Assembly: GCA_977020255.1 (NCBI GenBank)
Contig: CDROCS010006702.1
Location: 1 to 64,000 of the forward strand
Direction of reading: 5' to 3'
DNA length: 64,000 nucleotides
Source: Obrimoposthia wandeli
Lineage: Eukaryota
In this document: positions 20,052 through 30,531 of the stretch, piece by piece
Layout of the letters: each line of letters opens with the position of its first letter
Position numbering within the stretch: the stretch's first letter is position 1
The notes under the pieces: model-generated
Told to the model about the DNA's origin: nothing
What the model saw: the letters and a program-made list of their open reading frames with translations, nothing else
Databases searched by the model: none
Program-made: the position numbers and the translations under genes

Positions 20052-22199
20052 TTAAGCTTTATGGCGAATTTCATAACATTTGTGAATACGTGTATTGCGT
20101 TTAAAATCAGGATCAATCGTTCTTGGTGTGATTTCGACAATATCGAACGCGCCCAGTAACTCATAATCTAATTTGAATTTACGATAATTATTAGAAAATA
20201 TCAGCAAACCATCGCGGCGCAATAAGCGCATGCTTGAGCTAATCATACGCACATGGTCTCGTTGTACATCTAACACATCTTGCATACGTTTTGAGTTTGA
20301 AAAGGTCGGTGGATCCATAAAAATCAAATCATATGCAGGTTGACGCTGCTTTTTTAACCACTGCAGACAGTCCGCTTGAATAAAGTGATGCTGGCTATCG
20401 TTAAAGCCATTCATCGCCATATTCTTAGCAGCCCAGCTTAAATAAGTTGCAGACATATCAACACTGGTTGTCGATTTTGCCCCACCTATCGCAGCATGTA
20501 CCGAAGCAGAGCTGGTGTAGGAAAACAAATTAAGGAAATCTTTATCAGCAGCTTGCTGCTGAATCTCTAACCTTATTGGCCGGTGATCTAAGAACAGACC
20601 AGTATCTAAGTAGTCTTTTAAGTTAATTCTGAAACGACAACCATGCTCTTTAACATCGAAAAACTTACCTAAGTGACCATGCTTTTCATATTGCTGCGTG
20701 CCACTTTGACGTTTACGCTGCTTAAGCACTACCCTTTTAGGATTGATGTTTAACACTCGCGGAATAGCGATCATCACTTCTTTTAAGCGTTCGAATACTT
20801 TAACTTGATCAATGGTTTTAGGCGCTGCATATTCTTGCACATGCACCCATTCATCGTACACATCAACCGCAACTGCAAATTCAGGGATATCGGCATCGTA
20901 TAATCGATACGCGGTGATCGCTTCTTTTTTGCGCCACTTGGACAATGATTTAATGTTCTTTTTCAGACGATTAGCAAACATTTCACCAATTTCAGAAAGC
21001 GGCTCCATCTCATGATCTGCTAACGCGGGTTCAACGCCGGTTCGCTCAGCATAAATATGATAGTTAAACAGCTTACTTTCAAGCGGACCATTGTTCAGCT
21101 TATAGGCTTTATCTGGCTTAAGACCAATCACTTGGCACAGTTCTGGGTTACCTGTGAAGATGGAAGCTTTCCACCCTCTAAAGCGCTCTTTTAATTGATC
21201 ACCTATGCTGCGATACATAAACATCAATGTAGAGCTGTCACCTAAACGCTCACCATAAGGTGGGTTTGAAATCAATAATCCGGGAGAATCATTAGGAGGT
21301 AACATTTTTTCAACCTGACCCACCTTATATTCGATCAAATGGTCTAGGCCGACATTTTTACTGTTCAAGCGTGCATTTTCTAGTACTTTAGCGTCAATAT
21401 CAGCGCCAATAAACTTAGCGGTGTTATTTTCAAGCCCTAATACACGGCGTTTTTCTGCTTCTTCTAATAAGGATTCCCACATGACAGAATCGTGCTTTTT
21501 CCAATGCACAAAACCCCAGTGCGCTCGATCAAGCCCTGGCGCTATATCAGCCGCCATCATTGCCGCTTCGATCAATATGGTGCCCGATCCACAAAGGGGA
21601 TCAAATACTTGGGGAAACTCGTCTTTCATTTTCGGCCAGCCAGCGCGCATTAATAATGCTGCTGCTAGGTTTTCTTTTAAAGGAGCTGTTCCTGCATATA
21701 ATCGATAACCACGACGATGCAAACTAGAACCTGATAAATCTAATGACACCGATAACCGCCCGCGGTAAAGGTGCGTGTGTACACGAATATCAGGTGTATC
21801 TTTCTCAATGACCGGTCGAACACCCGTACTTTCTCTGAATTGATCGACAATAGCGTCTTTAACTTTTAGCGCACCAAAATGCGTATTATTAATCGCTTGA
21901 GAGCTACCGGTGAAGCTAATAGCCAAAGTGTTTGATGCCTCCATATGCGTCAACCAATCAATACTTTGAATAGCTTGGTAAAGCTCTTCTGCACTTTCAG
22001 CGGTATCGCTTAGTAGTGGAAGCAATACTCTGTTTGCCACTCTTGACCATAAACAAGCACGATAGGCATGTTCAATTTCACCTGAAAATTCAACACCAAC
22101 CGCAGTTTGCTTTACTTTTAAAGCACCAAAACTAGTCAACTCATCAACTAGCAGCGGCTCAAACCCTTTTGGACAAGTCGCTAAAAACTTATGTGACAT
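20052..22199 (-). CDS. rlmKL: Bifunctional 23S rRNA (G2445/G2069) methyltransferase
   Basis: THUMP region, LHRRGYR, APLKENLAA, DPLCGSGT, NPPYGER, then second MTase with DTGLFLDHR, LNLFSYT, DPPTFSNSKRM; 715 aa. Confidence 0.96.
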   Translation of the reverse strand: MSHKFLATCPKGFEPLLVDELTSFGALKVKQTAVGVEFSGEIEHAYRACLWSRVANRVLLPLLSDTAESAEELYQAIQSIDWLTHMEASNTLAISFTGSSQAINNTHFGALKVKDAIVDQFRESTGVRPVIEKDTPDIRVHTHLYRGRLSVSLDLSGSSLHRRGYRLYAGTAPLKENLAAALLMRAGWPKMKDEFPQVFDPLCGSGTILIEAAMMAADIAPGLDRAHWGFVHWKKHDSVMWESLLEEAEKRRVLGLENNTAKFIGADIDAKVLENARLNSKNVGLDHLIEYKVGQVEKMLPPNDSPGLLISNPPYGERLGDSSTLMFMYRSIGDQLKERFRGWKASIFTGNPELCQVIGLKPDKAYKLNNGPLESKLFNYHIYAERTGVEPALADHEMEPLSEIGEMFANRLKKNIKSLSKWRKKEAITAYRLYDADIPEFAVAVDVYDEWVHVQEYAAPKTIDQVKVFERLKEVMIAIPRVLNINPKRVVLKQRKRQSGTQQYEKHGHLGKFFDVKEHGCRFRINLKDYLDTGLFLDHRPIRLEIQQQAADKDFLNLFSYTSSASVHAAIGGAKSTTSVDMSATYLSWAAKNMAMNGFNDSQHHFIQADCLQWLKKQRQPAYDLIFMDPPTFSNSKRMQDVLDVQRDHVRMISSSMRLLRRDGLLIFSNNYRKFKLDYELLGAFDIVEITPRTIDPDFKRNTRIHKCYEIRHKA

Positions 22200-22607
22200 T
22201 ACATTTTACCTTTTATAGTGGCGCTGACAGTAGCCCACCGATTATTAATCTAAAAACTCAATGACATCAATGAGATGTAATTGAATTCATAAAAAAAACA
22301 AAAAGCATGATTATTTTTCATTGCTTTTTTGTCTTTTCAAAAAAACTTTAACTTACTGAAAAAATTACTTTTTTATTTCTTACTTTGTTTGAATGATCCA
22401 AACAACTGTTTAAAAATCACACAGCGTGTTATTTGTTTGATATAACTATACGCGGATAATAAGTTCATGGCTTATTATATGTACACGTAGGGAACATATA
22501 AACAAATCTTCTATTTACTGTATTACACAGGCCTGTTTGAAACGTTTACCTGCTCACCAACGCATACATAGAAAGCTAAACCAATGTAAACTATGAGGCT
22601 AAAAAAT

Positions 22608-22814
22608 ATGAAGAGACAAAAACGCGATAAGTCTTCTATTCTATTTTCCAGAGGATTTAGTGCAGGCTTAACAGGAAAATCCAAAGATATGTGTCCTGTC
22701 AAAGCAGATGAACAAAGGTGCCTATGGCTTGGCGGCTGGCGAGAAGGCCGCGAAGCACATTGGGATGGCATGGCGGGTGTTTCGGCTATTCAAATAAATC
22801 CAGCCCTTCACTAA
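22608..22814 (+). CDS. rmf: Ribosome modulation factor
   Basis: MKRQKRDK...RGFSAGLTGKSKDMCP...WLGGWREG; GAGG RBS at 22595-22598; usual position between rlmKL and pyrD. Confidence 0.92.
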   Translation: MKRQKRDKSSILFSRGFSAGLTGKSKDMCPVKADEQRCLWLGGWREGREAHWDGMAGVSAIQINPALH

Positions 22815-22817
22815 CCT

Positions 22818-22856
22818 AATCAATACAAGGTTTTCTTAGAAAGCCTTGTATTGATT
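22818..22856. terminator. Terminator hairpin between rmf and pyrD
   Basis: AATCAATACAAGG-TTTTCTTAGAAAG-CCTTGTATTGATT, 13-bp perfect arms. Confidence 0.8.
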
Positions 22857-22945
22857 GCTCTACATTACATCTTCACACTGATTATTTCTAACTGCCTGCT
22901 ACAACAGCCTCTTGCCTTACTATTGCTTCTCTTACTATGCTTATT

Positions 22946-23980
22946 TTACAGCCCTTTGCCCGGTAACGATTGTATCGCTCTGACTGACTCAGAAATCAAG
23001 CTTGGCCCTTTATAAATAAAACCACTGTATATTTGTACTAAGCTAGCGCCTGCTTCAATTTTTTCAGCAGCATCAAAGCCCTCTGTAATGCCTCCTACAC
23101 CAATGATAGGTACACTACCTTGTAATTCACGTGCCAATGTTCTAATCACTCGAATTGATTGGTTGCGCACTGGTGCTCCAGATAGCCCGCCTGCTTCATG
23201 CTGCAAAGGTGAATCTTCCACTCCTTGTCGAGATAACGTGGTATTAGTGGCAATAACACCATCTATTTCATACGTTTTAAGCGAACTAGCGACCATTGCA
23301 ACTTCTTCTTCTGTTAAGTCTGGAGCTATTTTCACCGCAATAGGTACATATTTATCATGTAATATAGCTTGTTTTGCTTGCTCATTTTTCAACACTTCAA
23401 GCAAACTATTTAATGATTCGCCAAATTGTAAAGTGCGTAAGCCTGGGGTATTGGGTGAAGATAAATTAATCGTAATGTACGAAGCACGTGAGTACACTTT
23501 TCTTAGACAATACAAATAATCATTATTTGCTTGCTCATTAGGGGTATCTTTATTTTTACCAATATTTATACCTAACACACCGCTAAAACGTGCTTTATCA
23601 ATATTTCTCAATAAAGCATCAACACCTTGGTTGTTAAAACCCATGCGATTAATAATTGCATTGTGCTCTGGGATTCTAAAGATGCGCGGTTTCGGATTGC
23701 CATCTTGCGCCTTAGGCGTCACGGTACCTACTTCTAAAAAACCAAACCCCATACTCGCCAAGCCGTCAATCGAGGCTCCATTTTTATCTAAGCCTGCAGC
23801 TAAACCAACAGGATTAGGAAATTTAATGCCCATTACCTCAACAGGTGCATACAGCGCTTGTGCACCTAACAACTTCGGCACACCAAGTACTGCAGCTAAA
23901 TTCAATCCCTTTAATGCAAGATTGTGTGATGCTTCAGCTTCTAAGCCGAACATTAACGAACGCGTCAGTGGATATAACAT
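22946..23980 (-). CDS. pyrD: Quinone-dependent dihydroorotate dehydrogenase
   Basis: [49 protein letters not shown]. Confidence 0.97.
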   Translation of the reverse strand: MLYPLTRSLMFGLEAEASHNLALKGLNLAAVLGVPKLLGAQALYAPVEVMGIKFPNPVGLAAGLDKNGASIDGLASMGFGFLEVGTVTPKAQDGNPKPRIFRIPEHNAIINRMGFNNQGVDALLRNIDKARFSGVLGINIGKNKDTPNEQANNDYLYCLRKVYSRASYITINLSSPNTPGLRTLQFGESLNSLLEVLKNEQAKQAILHDKYVPIAVKIAPDLTEEEVAMVASSLKTYEIDGVIATNTTLSRQGVEDSPLQHEAGGLSGAPVRNQSIRVIRTLARELQGSVPIIGVGGITEGFDAAEKIEAGASLVQIYSGFIYKGPSLISESVRAIQSLPGKGL

Positions 23981-24446
23981 AAGAAATAAGATTACCTTGC
24001 AATTTTGCGCCCATTATATGCCAAACATCGCAATATATATAGACGCTTTTAACGCTTCAATTTTTTTACCAATGCCATCGGCAATCTCTCTTAGTTTAGC
24101 CTGATTTTTCGACCAAAACTTAGCAATTAATCGTACAGTATCTTATGTGTCAATCAACACGCTTATCAGCTAAATAAATTTGAATATCTTACTGATTATA
24201 TCGCTACCTCTATAGCTGAAAATAATAATTCAAATACTTTTTATACGCCAATCCATTGACTCCCTTAGGCTTGCGATCAAATGCAAAGCCAAACTCATCA
24301 GTACAGGCTCTGGTTACAACGCAAAAACGGTTTCTACTGCTATTATGAAATTAGTATCAATTTTTACATCTTTAATTAATAACCAGCTTTTATAAAATAG
24401 AAAAGTGGTTGTATCACTAAGAACTTATGCAGTTTAGGAGAAAGCT

Positions 24447-26420
24447 ATGGAAAGTTTTAGCTTACAATATAAAAATTCAGAACAGCTGAAAGCTTTCGTC
24501 GAGAGTAACATCCCCGTACATTACAGCGACATATTGATCCAAATATTCTCAGGAGTCATTGACCCAGATTATTTAACGTCGGTGTCACGTGAAATACACC
24601 AAGTGCTACCTCGAGCTAAAGTCATTGGTGCGACGACTGCTGGAGAGATAGTTAACGGTGAGTTGATGGATGAAACTGTTTGTATCAACTTCAGCGTATT
24701 CCAGAAAACACAAGTATCTACTCATTTCTTAGCGGCTGCTGATTATGATCAAAGCTGCCAATTCGCCAAAGAAAATCTCAAGCCCAATACCAAAGCACTT
24801 ATTTGTTTCACTGAGTGTTTTAGTTTTGATCCTGGAGATTTGTTCAGTGCTATTTATGATTTAAGCCCACAAATTCTAATCTCAGGTGGAGCTGCGGGTG
24901 ATAATGGCGCTTTCACAAAAACTTATATCATGCATGATACTGAAGTTCACGAGGAAGGCATTGTGTTATGTGCTTTGCATTCTGATGAGCTAAAAATTGC
25001 AACAAATATGGCCTTGAATTGGATTTCTATCGGGCGTCAAATGGAAATCACCAAAAGTGAGGGCAATGTTGTATACGAAATTAACAATCAACCTGTCTTA
25101 GATGTATATAAATATTACCTTGGCGGCAACATTACTCTTGACCGGCCCTACGAATTCCCTTTAATTAAAGTAGATAATGGTGTAGAAATCGGCCGCTCTT
25201 GCATCGGTATAAACCCTGACAACTCTTTCGTCTATGCCGGCCGCTTAGACCATGGCGATATGGTGCGCTTTTCAGTTGGTAATGCTGATGAGGCTGAACA
25301 CCACGCTGTAGAACTTCAAGCAGAAGTAAATATGCAAGCCAGTGAAGCCATCTTCACCTATTCTTGTTTTGGTAGAAAAACATTTTTTGGTGAGAATATT
25401 GCTAAAGAATTTCTCTATTTGCAACAGATTGCTCCGACGACTGGCTTCTTCTCTTTTGGTGAGTTTTACAGTACGGGTCTATCCAATCAAGTACTGAGCA
25501 ACACCACCACAGTGCTCTCTTTGTGTGAAGATTCAACTAAAAAGCCTACCATACTTGATGATACGGCTAAACTCGAACCTTTCCAAAACAGAATGATGTC
25601 ACTGACTTGTTTAGTTAACGTGACACAACGAGAACTACAAGACAGCATAGAATTACTTAACTATGCCCAAGATCAATTAATAGAAACCGAGAAAATGGCC
25701 TCTTTAGGCTCATTAGTCGCAGGTGTTTCTCACGAAATAAACACACCCGTTGGTGTCGCGCTAACAGGTAACTCACAAATCGGTTACGAAATAGGCCGCT
25801 TAAAGCAACTGTTCGAGACTAATAAACTAAGTGAAGAGGCGTTACAACGCTTTATCACAACCTGTACTGAGTCCTCTCAAACGGTGAGTAATAGCCTGCA
25901 AAACGCAGTAAATTTAGTAAATTCTTTCAAAAGTATTTCAGTTGATCAACACTCTGGTGAAATACGAAAGTTCAACTTCAGACAATACGCGAATGAAATA
26001 TTTACCAGTTTCAAGAGCGAATTACGCACTAAAGACGTCTCCATTAAGAACGAAATACCTGATGACATTGAGTTAGAAAGCAGTCCTGGTATTTTTGCTC
26101 AAATATTCTCAAATTTAATAATGAACGCTCTGCGCCATGGATTTGATGAAGATGCAGATGATAATCACATCACCGTATATACCACCTATAATAAACATGA
26201 AGATCAGTTAGTGTTCCACTTTTCTGATAACGGCAAAGGCGTCCCTAAAGAAAATATTAAAAGCATATTTGATCCTTTTTTCACGACTGCTCGCGGACAA
26301 GGTGGCAGCGGTCTTGGCTTAAATGTGGTTTACAATTTAGTCACCCAATCATTGAGCGGACGATTAGAAGTGATTGATGATGAAAAACAGGGTTTTCATT
26401 TAGCGATAACTCTTAAATAA
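24447..26420 (+). CDS. Cytoplasmic FIST-N/FIST-C domain histidine kinase
   Basis: FIST motifs (IGATTAGEI, ISGGAAGD, YSCFGRK, GFFSFGEF); H-box VAGVSHEINTP, N-box NLIMNA, DNGKG, FDPFFTT, GSGLGL; no obvious TM helix. Confidence 0.88.
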   Translation: MESFSLQYKNSEQLKAFVESNIPVHYSDILIQIFSGVIDPDYLTSVSREIHQVLPRAKVIGATTAGEIVNGELMDETVCINFSVFQKTQVSTHFLAAADYDQSCQFAKENLKPNTKALICFTECFSFDPGDLFSAIYDLSPQILISGGAAGDNGAFTKTYIMHDTEVHEEGIVLCALHSDELKIATNMALNWISIGRQMEITKSEGNVVYEINNQPVLDVYKYYLGGNITLDRPYEFPLIKVDNGVEIGRSCIGINPDNSFVYAGRLDHGDMVRFSVGNADEAEHHAVELQAEVNMQASEAIFTYSCFGRKTFFGENIAKEFLYLQQIAPTTGFFSFGEFYSTGLSNQVLSNTTTVLSLCEDSTKKPTILDDTAKLEPFQNRMMSLTCLVNVTQRELQDSIELLNYAQDQLIETEKMASLGSLVAGVSHEINTPVGVALTGNSQIGYEIGRLKQLFETNKLSEEALQRFITTCTESSQTVSNSLQNAVNLVNSFKSISVDQHSGEIRKFNFRQYANEIFTSFKSELRTKDVSIKNEIPDDIELESSPGIFAQIFSNLIMNALRHGFDEDADDNHITVYTTYNKHEDQLVFHFSDNGKGVPKENIKSIFDPFFTTARGQGGSGLGLNVVYNLVTQSLSGRLEVIDDEKQGFHLAITLK

Positions 26421-26435
26421 CTTAAAGGTGGTGAC

Positions 26436-28154
26436 ATGGGTACCTTCAATTTTTTCAGCGAAAGCGATACCGTAGAAGAAGATACTAGTAATAGAAGAAA
26501 ACATAAAATGTTGATTGTCGATGATGATGAATCAATCCATGAAATAACCAGGATTGCCATCAACTCTATTGATATCATTGACGTTGAAATAGAAGTATTA
26601 ACAGCCTATAGCGCAAAAGAGGCGAAGATTATATTGAATCAACAACCCAATATAACCTTAGCTTTACTTGATGTTGTGATGGAAACGCCAGAAGCTGGCC
26701 TTGAGCTGGTTGACTATATACGCCAAGAAAAAAATGACAGCATGATTCGTTTGGTCATGCGTACCGGTCAAGCTAACCGTTTTCCACCGCTTGAAGTTGT
26801 GCAAAAATACGACATCAATGACTTCAAAGAAAAAACAGAGCTCACTATTGAAAAGCTTTATACCACTATCAGAAATTCAATAAGACAGTACGAGCAATTA
26901 CAGGAGCTGAAGTCTAAATATCAAGACACTTATCAACAACTAGTAACCAACAATTTAACGCAAGCGCCTAATAGAACAGCGCTCAGAGCACGTCTTGATG
27001 GCTCAAATACAGATTGTACTTTAGTCCTCATTGATCTTATTGGCTTTAGCATGATTAATGAAGCGAGTGGCTTTGAATCTGGTGATCAATTTTTGATTTC
27101 TTTTTGCGAGTTTTTGAAAAAATATGAAGTACAACACTATGATGTATTTCACTTACACGGTGATCAATTTGCATTGCTCATCAATCAACATAATGATGAT
27201 TTACTGACTGAAAAAATCGAAAGAATCTACCAAGACATTATCATTCATAATTTTAGTTTCTCTAATATTCATCGTAAAGTACTAGTACGCATTGGTGTGG
27301 CAACAGGTAATGATTGCGAAATATTAAGACAAGCAGAGTTGGCGCTCAAAGAATCAAAATCATCTTATGTTAACCCTATCTCTTATTTTTCACCTGATTT
27401 AGAAATAATCAAGACGATTAATCGCAACAGCCACTGGACACCCATTGTACGACAAGCTCTAGAAAAAGGCAGTTTTGTAGCCTATTACCAACCTATTTTT
27501 AACTTTAGAACAGGAGAAATAGATAAACACGAATTACTGGTACGTTTAAATCATGAAGGTGTCGTATATACACCGGATAAATTTTTAAGTGTTGCTAAGT
27601 ACAATGGCTTATTAATTGATATTTTTAATCTCATGTTTGATGACGCTTGTCGTCAAGCCACCAAATTCCAGAAAGGGTTTACCGTTAACATACTCGCCAC
27701 TGATTTCACATCTACTGGTTTAGTAAGTTTTATTCATCAAACATTAGCCAAACACAGAACGGATCCTAAACTGCTTACCTTAGAAATATTAGAAGATGTT
27801 TCAATCAATATTGATAGTAATATCCGCGAAAATATTCTTGAAATAAAATCACTCGGCATCAGCATTGCCATTGATGATTTTGGGGTAAACTGCTCAAACT
27901 TCGGCCAATTAGACTCTCTGCCTATAGATTTTATTAAAATTGATGGGTCTTTTGTGCGTAATGTTCACAATTGTGCGAACAGCCAAATTGTCATGAAAAC
28001 CATTAAAACCTACGCTCAAGACAAGAACATTAAACTCATTGCCGAATTTGTCTGCGATCAGGATGTTTATGATTTTGTTAAAGATTTTGATATTGATTAC
28101 GGCCAAGGCTATCACATAGGAAAGCCTGAAGCTCAAACGATTTATGTAAAGTAA
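26436..28154 (+). CDS. REC-GGDEF(degenerate)-EAL response regulator, probable c-di-GMP phosphodiesterase
   Basis: REC LIVDDD...LLDVVME; GGDEF site reads HGDQF; EAL domain keeps HELLVR, LEILE, DDFG, IKID, AEFV, QGY. Confidence 0.88.
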   Translation: MGTFNFFSESDTVEEDTSNRRKHKMLIVDDDESIHEITRIAINSIDIIDVEIEVLTAYSAKEAKIILNQQPNITLALLDVVMETPEAGLELVDYIRQEKNDSMIRLVMRTGQANRFPPLEVVQKYDINDFKEKTELTIEKLYTTIRNSIRQYEQLQELKSKYQDTYQQLVTNNLTQAPNRTALRARLDGSNTDCTLVLIDLIGFSMINEASGFESGDQFLISFCEFLKKYEVQHYDVFHLHGDQFALLINQHNDDLLTEKIERIYQDIIIHNFSFSNIHRKVLVRIGVATGNDCEILRQAELALKESKSSYVNPISYFSPDLEIIKTINRNSHWTPIVRQALEKGSFVAYYQPIFNFRTGEIDKHELLVRLNHEGVVYTPDKFLSVAKYNGLLIDIFNLMFDDACRQATKFQKGFTVNILATDFTSTGLVSFIHQTLAKHRTDPKLLTLEILEDVSINIDSNIRENILEIKSLGISIAIDDFGVNCSNFGQLDSLPIDFIKIDGSFVRNVHNCANSQIVMKTIKTYAQDKNIKLIAEFVCDQDVYDFVKDFDIDYGQGYHIGKPEAQTIYVK

Positions 28155-28275
28155 TGTATGGGTAACTTTATATAATTAAACACTAATAGAGATATTTGTG
28201 GCAACGCAATTGATGCTTTAGGAATTTGTGTAAGTCTTTTTTAGCATAAAATATATGCATACTAAAATATAAACG

Positions 28276-28309
28276 AAAAAAAACACAGATGATTCATCTG
28301 TGTTTTTTT
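28276..28309. terminator. Bidirectional intrinsic terminator
   Basis: AAAAAAAACACAGATGA-T-TCATCTGTGTTTTTTT between convergent genes. Confidence 0.85.
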
Positions 28310-28318
28310 AAGTGATGA

Positions 28319-28753
28319 TTAACGCTGTAAACTGATAACCGTCTCATCTTGCTTGTTTGTTAACAGTAACTGCTCATCTTTAATCAAGAAATGCTCAATT
28401 TTTGATAGTGCACTATTAAAGGCTTTTGCATCAGCAGTTGCTAGCGAATCACACGCTAACTTGGTACGTGAGAATTTTTTCAAATTCAAATGATCTTCAA
28501 CGGGTCTAAATGTACCCTTAAAGGTATTACAACCGTTAGAGCCTGCCACTTTGCCATCGCTCAAGAAAATCATTTTAGCCGCATCATTTGATATGCTGCG
28601 CCCCTCAACATCACTGATAGTCCAGCTACCAAGCATTGCACTGTGTTTCTCCTTAATGGGATTAGAGCAAGCACTTAATAATAATGCACTGGCTAAAACA
28701 ATACCCACTTTTAATTTATTCGCTGCTAACAACTGCATGTTATTCCCTATCAT
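28319..28753 (-). CDS. META-domain (HslJ-like) lipoprotein
   Basis: Lipobox LLLSAC; GSNGCNTFKG and TKLAC motifs of the META domain. Confidence 0.85.
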   Translation of the reverse strand: MIGNNMQLLAANKLKVGIVLASALLLSACSNPIKEKHSAMLGSWTISDVEGRSISNDAAKMIFLSDGKVAGSNGCNTFKGTFRPVEDHLNLKKFSRTKLACDSLATADAKAFNSALSKIEHFLIKDEQLLLTNKQDETVISLQR

Positions 28754-28854
28754 TGCTTAAAAAGAAGCATTATAACAACTTAGTTAGCGCTAAGAAACAC
28801 ACACAAGCATGACTATTAATTAAGCTTCTTAACGCTGTTTATTAACTCTGTCGC

Positions 28855-30255
28855 TTAACTTGCTAGCGCAAGCAAACATTGATCAATCGATAGCGTTTCC
28901 ATTTGCTGGTAAAGCGAAAATTCATTCGCCACTGGCGCGCCTAAATCTTGCTCAAATTGTGCTTGATTAGGATTTTGAGAAAAATCTTGCTCGCCCTGCT
29001 CTCCAAGGTTTGACTGAAATATGCCCGCAGCGCTTACCGGAAGAAAATCTTCGTAGGTAATTGGATCAAAACGCACCACACCTTGTGCAATAAGCGTTTT
29101 AATATCCATTTGCGAAAGGTCATTACTAGCAACTGTTTGCGCATTCACACTGTATTTAAAGTACGCCAAGCCTTGTGCTTGCATCTGCTCATAATCATCA
29201 GGAAACGCACTAAACACCTGTTTAATCTCAGCTAAATACTCTGCTAAGTTAGAGCCGTCGTTTAAAGGCCTTGTTAGTGCACGTGTTTTGCCTAACAGTT
29301 CATCGTATAATGCTCTTCCTTTAGGCGTTAAAGCACAGCCACGCTGCTCTATTTCGCCAAATCTTGCGGCATGATTTATTGCTTGAGATTGCTTATCGTC
29401 ACCTATGAAATTAACTTGCTCTTTTATCGCTAAAAAAGCAGTTTGGCGCAATAAAATAGGACATTCACGCTGAGGAGGCCCTTCAATAACAGCTTTAGCA
29501 GCAGCACCTGTGGTATGTATTTGAGTTTGCACCCAATCAATATCCAAAGTACGCGGTGTTAAATGATTAATATGTGGGCCTTTAAAAGAGACGACATCTG
29601 CTACTAGAGGGTGCTCAGCTAGTAGCTCTAAATAATCAGCATTGCTGATTGCCGCATCGCTGTGCCAGCGAAATACATTGACAATTTCTTTTACGAATTG
29701 CTCTGCTTGCTCCTCATTTAAGCCGTTGTTTTTTTCTGCCAACTCCACTATTGCTCGAACTTCATCACTAAAAATATCGCGCTTTGCTAGTATTTTTTCA
29801 GCTTTGTCACGCAGCTTCACATCTTTAATCAGCTCTAAGCGTAATAATGAGGTAAATACACGAAATGGATTAGCACGTAATGATTGGCTATCAATTGCTC
29901 TAAAGGCCGTAGAGTGCACTGGCACATTAGCCACACTTAAATCATAGTACCCTACTGGAAACATACCCATGATTTCAAAAATGCGACGCATCATTGCCAA
30001 CTCACTGGCTTTACCAATACGAATAGCGCCGTGACGTTGGTCAGACAATGTCTCTATATCTTCAACTTGCTTTAAACGCTCTACCAAAGTGGTGTTATTG
30101 GCCAGATGTTGGTTGTTATTTTTCACCACTAAATCAAGTAACGCGCCGTACGCCGGTACTTCTTTACGATACATATCAGACATCGCACTTGAGAAACGGG
30201 TACGAATACTATCGCTTGAAACAGAATCTGTTGGAAAGGTAACGGCTTGGTTCAT
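28855..30255 (-). CDS. hglS: 2-oxoadipate dioxygenase/decarboxylase (YdcJ/DUF1338, hydroxyglutarate synthase)
   Basis: FSSAMSDMYRKEVPAYG, RHGAIRIG, PHINHLTPR, VIEGPP, ARFGEIEQRG and YEDFLPVSAAGIFQSNL motifs of the YdcJ/HglS family. Confidence 0.88.
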   Translation of the reverse strand: MNQAVTFPTDSVSSDSIRTRFSSAMSDMYRKEVPAYGALLDLVVKNNNQHLANNTTLVERLKQVEDIETLSDQRHGAIRIGKASELAMMRRIFEIMGMFPVGYYDLSVANVPVHSTAFRAIDSQSLRANPFRVFTSLLRLELIKDVKLRDKAEKILAKRDIFSDEVRAIVELAEKNNGLNEEQAEQFVKEIVNVFRWHSDAAISNADYLELLAEHPLVADVVSFKGPHINHLTPRTLDIDWVQTQIHTTGAAAKAVIEGPPQRECPILLRQTAFLAIKEQVNFIGDDKQSQAINHAARFGEIEQRGCALTPKGRALYDELLGKTRALTRPLNDGSNLAEYLAEIKQVFSAFPDDYEQMQAQGLAYFKYSVNAQTVASNDLSQMDIKTLIAQGVVRFDPITYEDFLPVSAAGIFQSNLGEQGEQDFSQNPNQAQFEQDLGAPVANEFSLYQQMETLSIDQCLLALAS

Positions 30256-30279
30256 AAATTTGCGCTCATTAATTCAGTT

Positions 30280-30435
30280 TTAATAGAGATGAATTAGGCG
30301 GAGCCTAAATCATCAAAGGGTTAATTCTCCGCCCCTTGGGCCGTGAACTTAATTAGAACCCTAAGTCCCTAAAAACACCCCGCTTTGCAAAGTGAAGTCA
30401 AGTGTAGCGAGAGTGCTGCCCAGGGATCTTTAATA
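30280..30435. repeat. ~156-bp dispersed non-coding element, copy 1
   Basis: Aligns over its whole length to the reverse complement of 62134-62290 (shared TTAATAGAGATGAATTAGGCGGA, CTAAATCATCAA, CGTGAACTT, ACCCCGC, AAGTGAAGT); TTAATA at both ends. Confidence 0.85.
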
Positions 30436-30531
30436 TAGGTTATAATTGCACCTTGATGCATTTTGGTAATAATATATTACTGCAGACGGATTTTATATTG
30501 ATAAATAACCATGAGTTAATGAAAATATCAC

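Noticed and set aside
22523-22771. 82-aa minus-strand ORF
   Set aside because: Antisense shadow of rmf with no motif.
30256-30531. Lysine riboswitch upstream of hglS
   Set aside because: No lysine-riboswitch consensus was recognised; the structured part is the dispersed element also present at 62134-62290.
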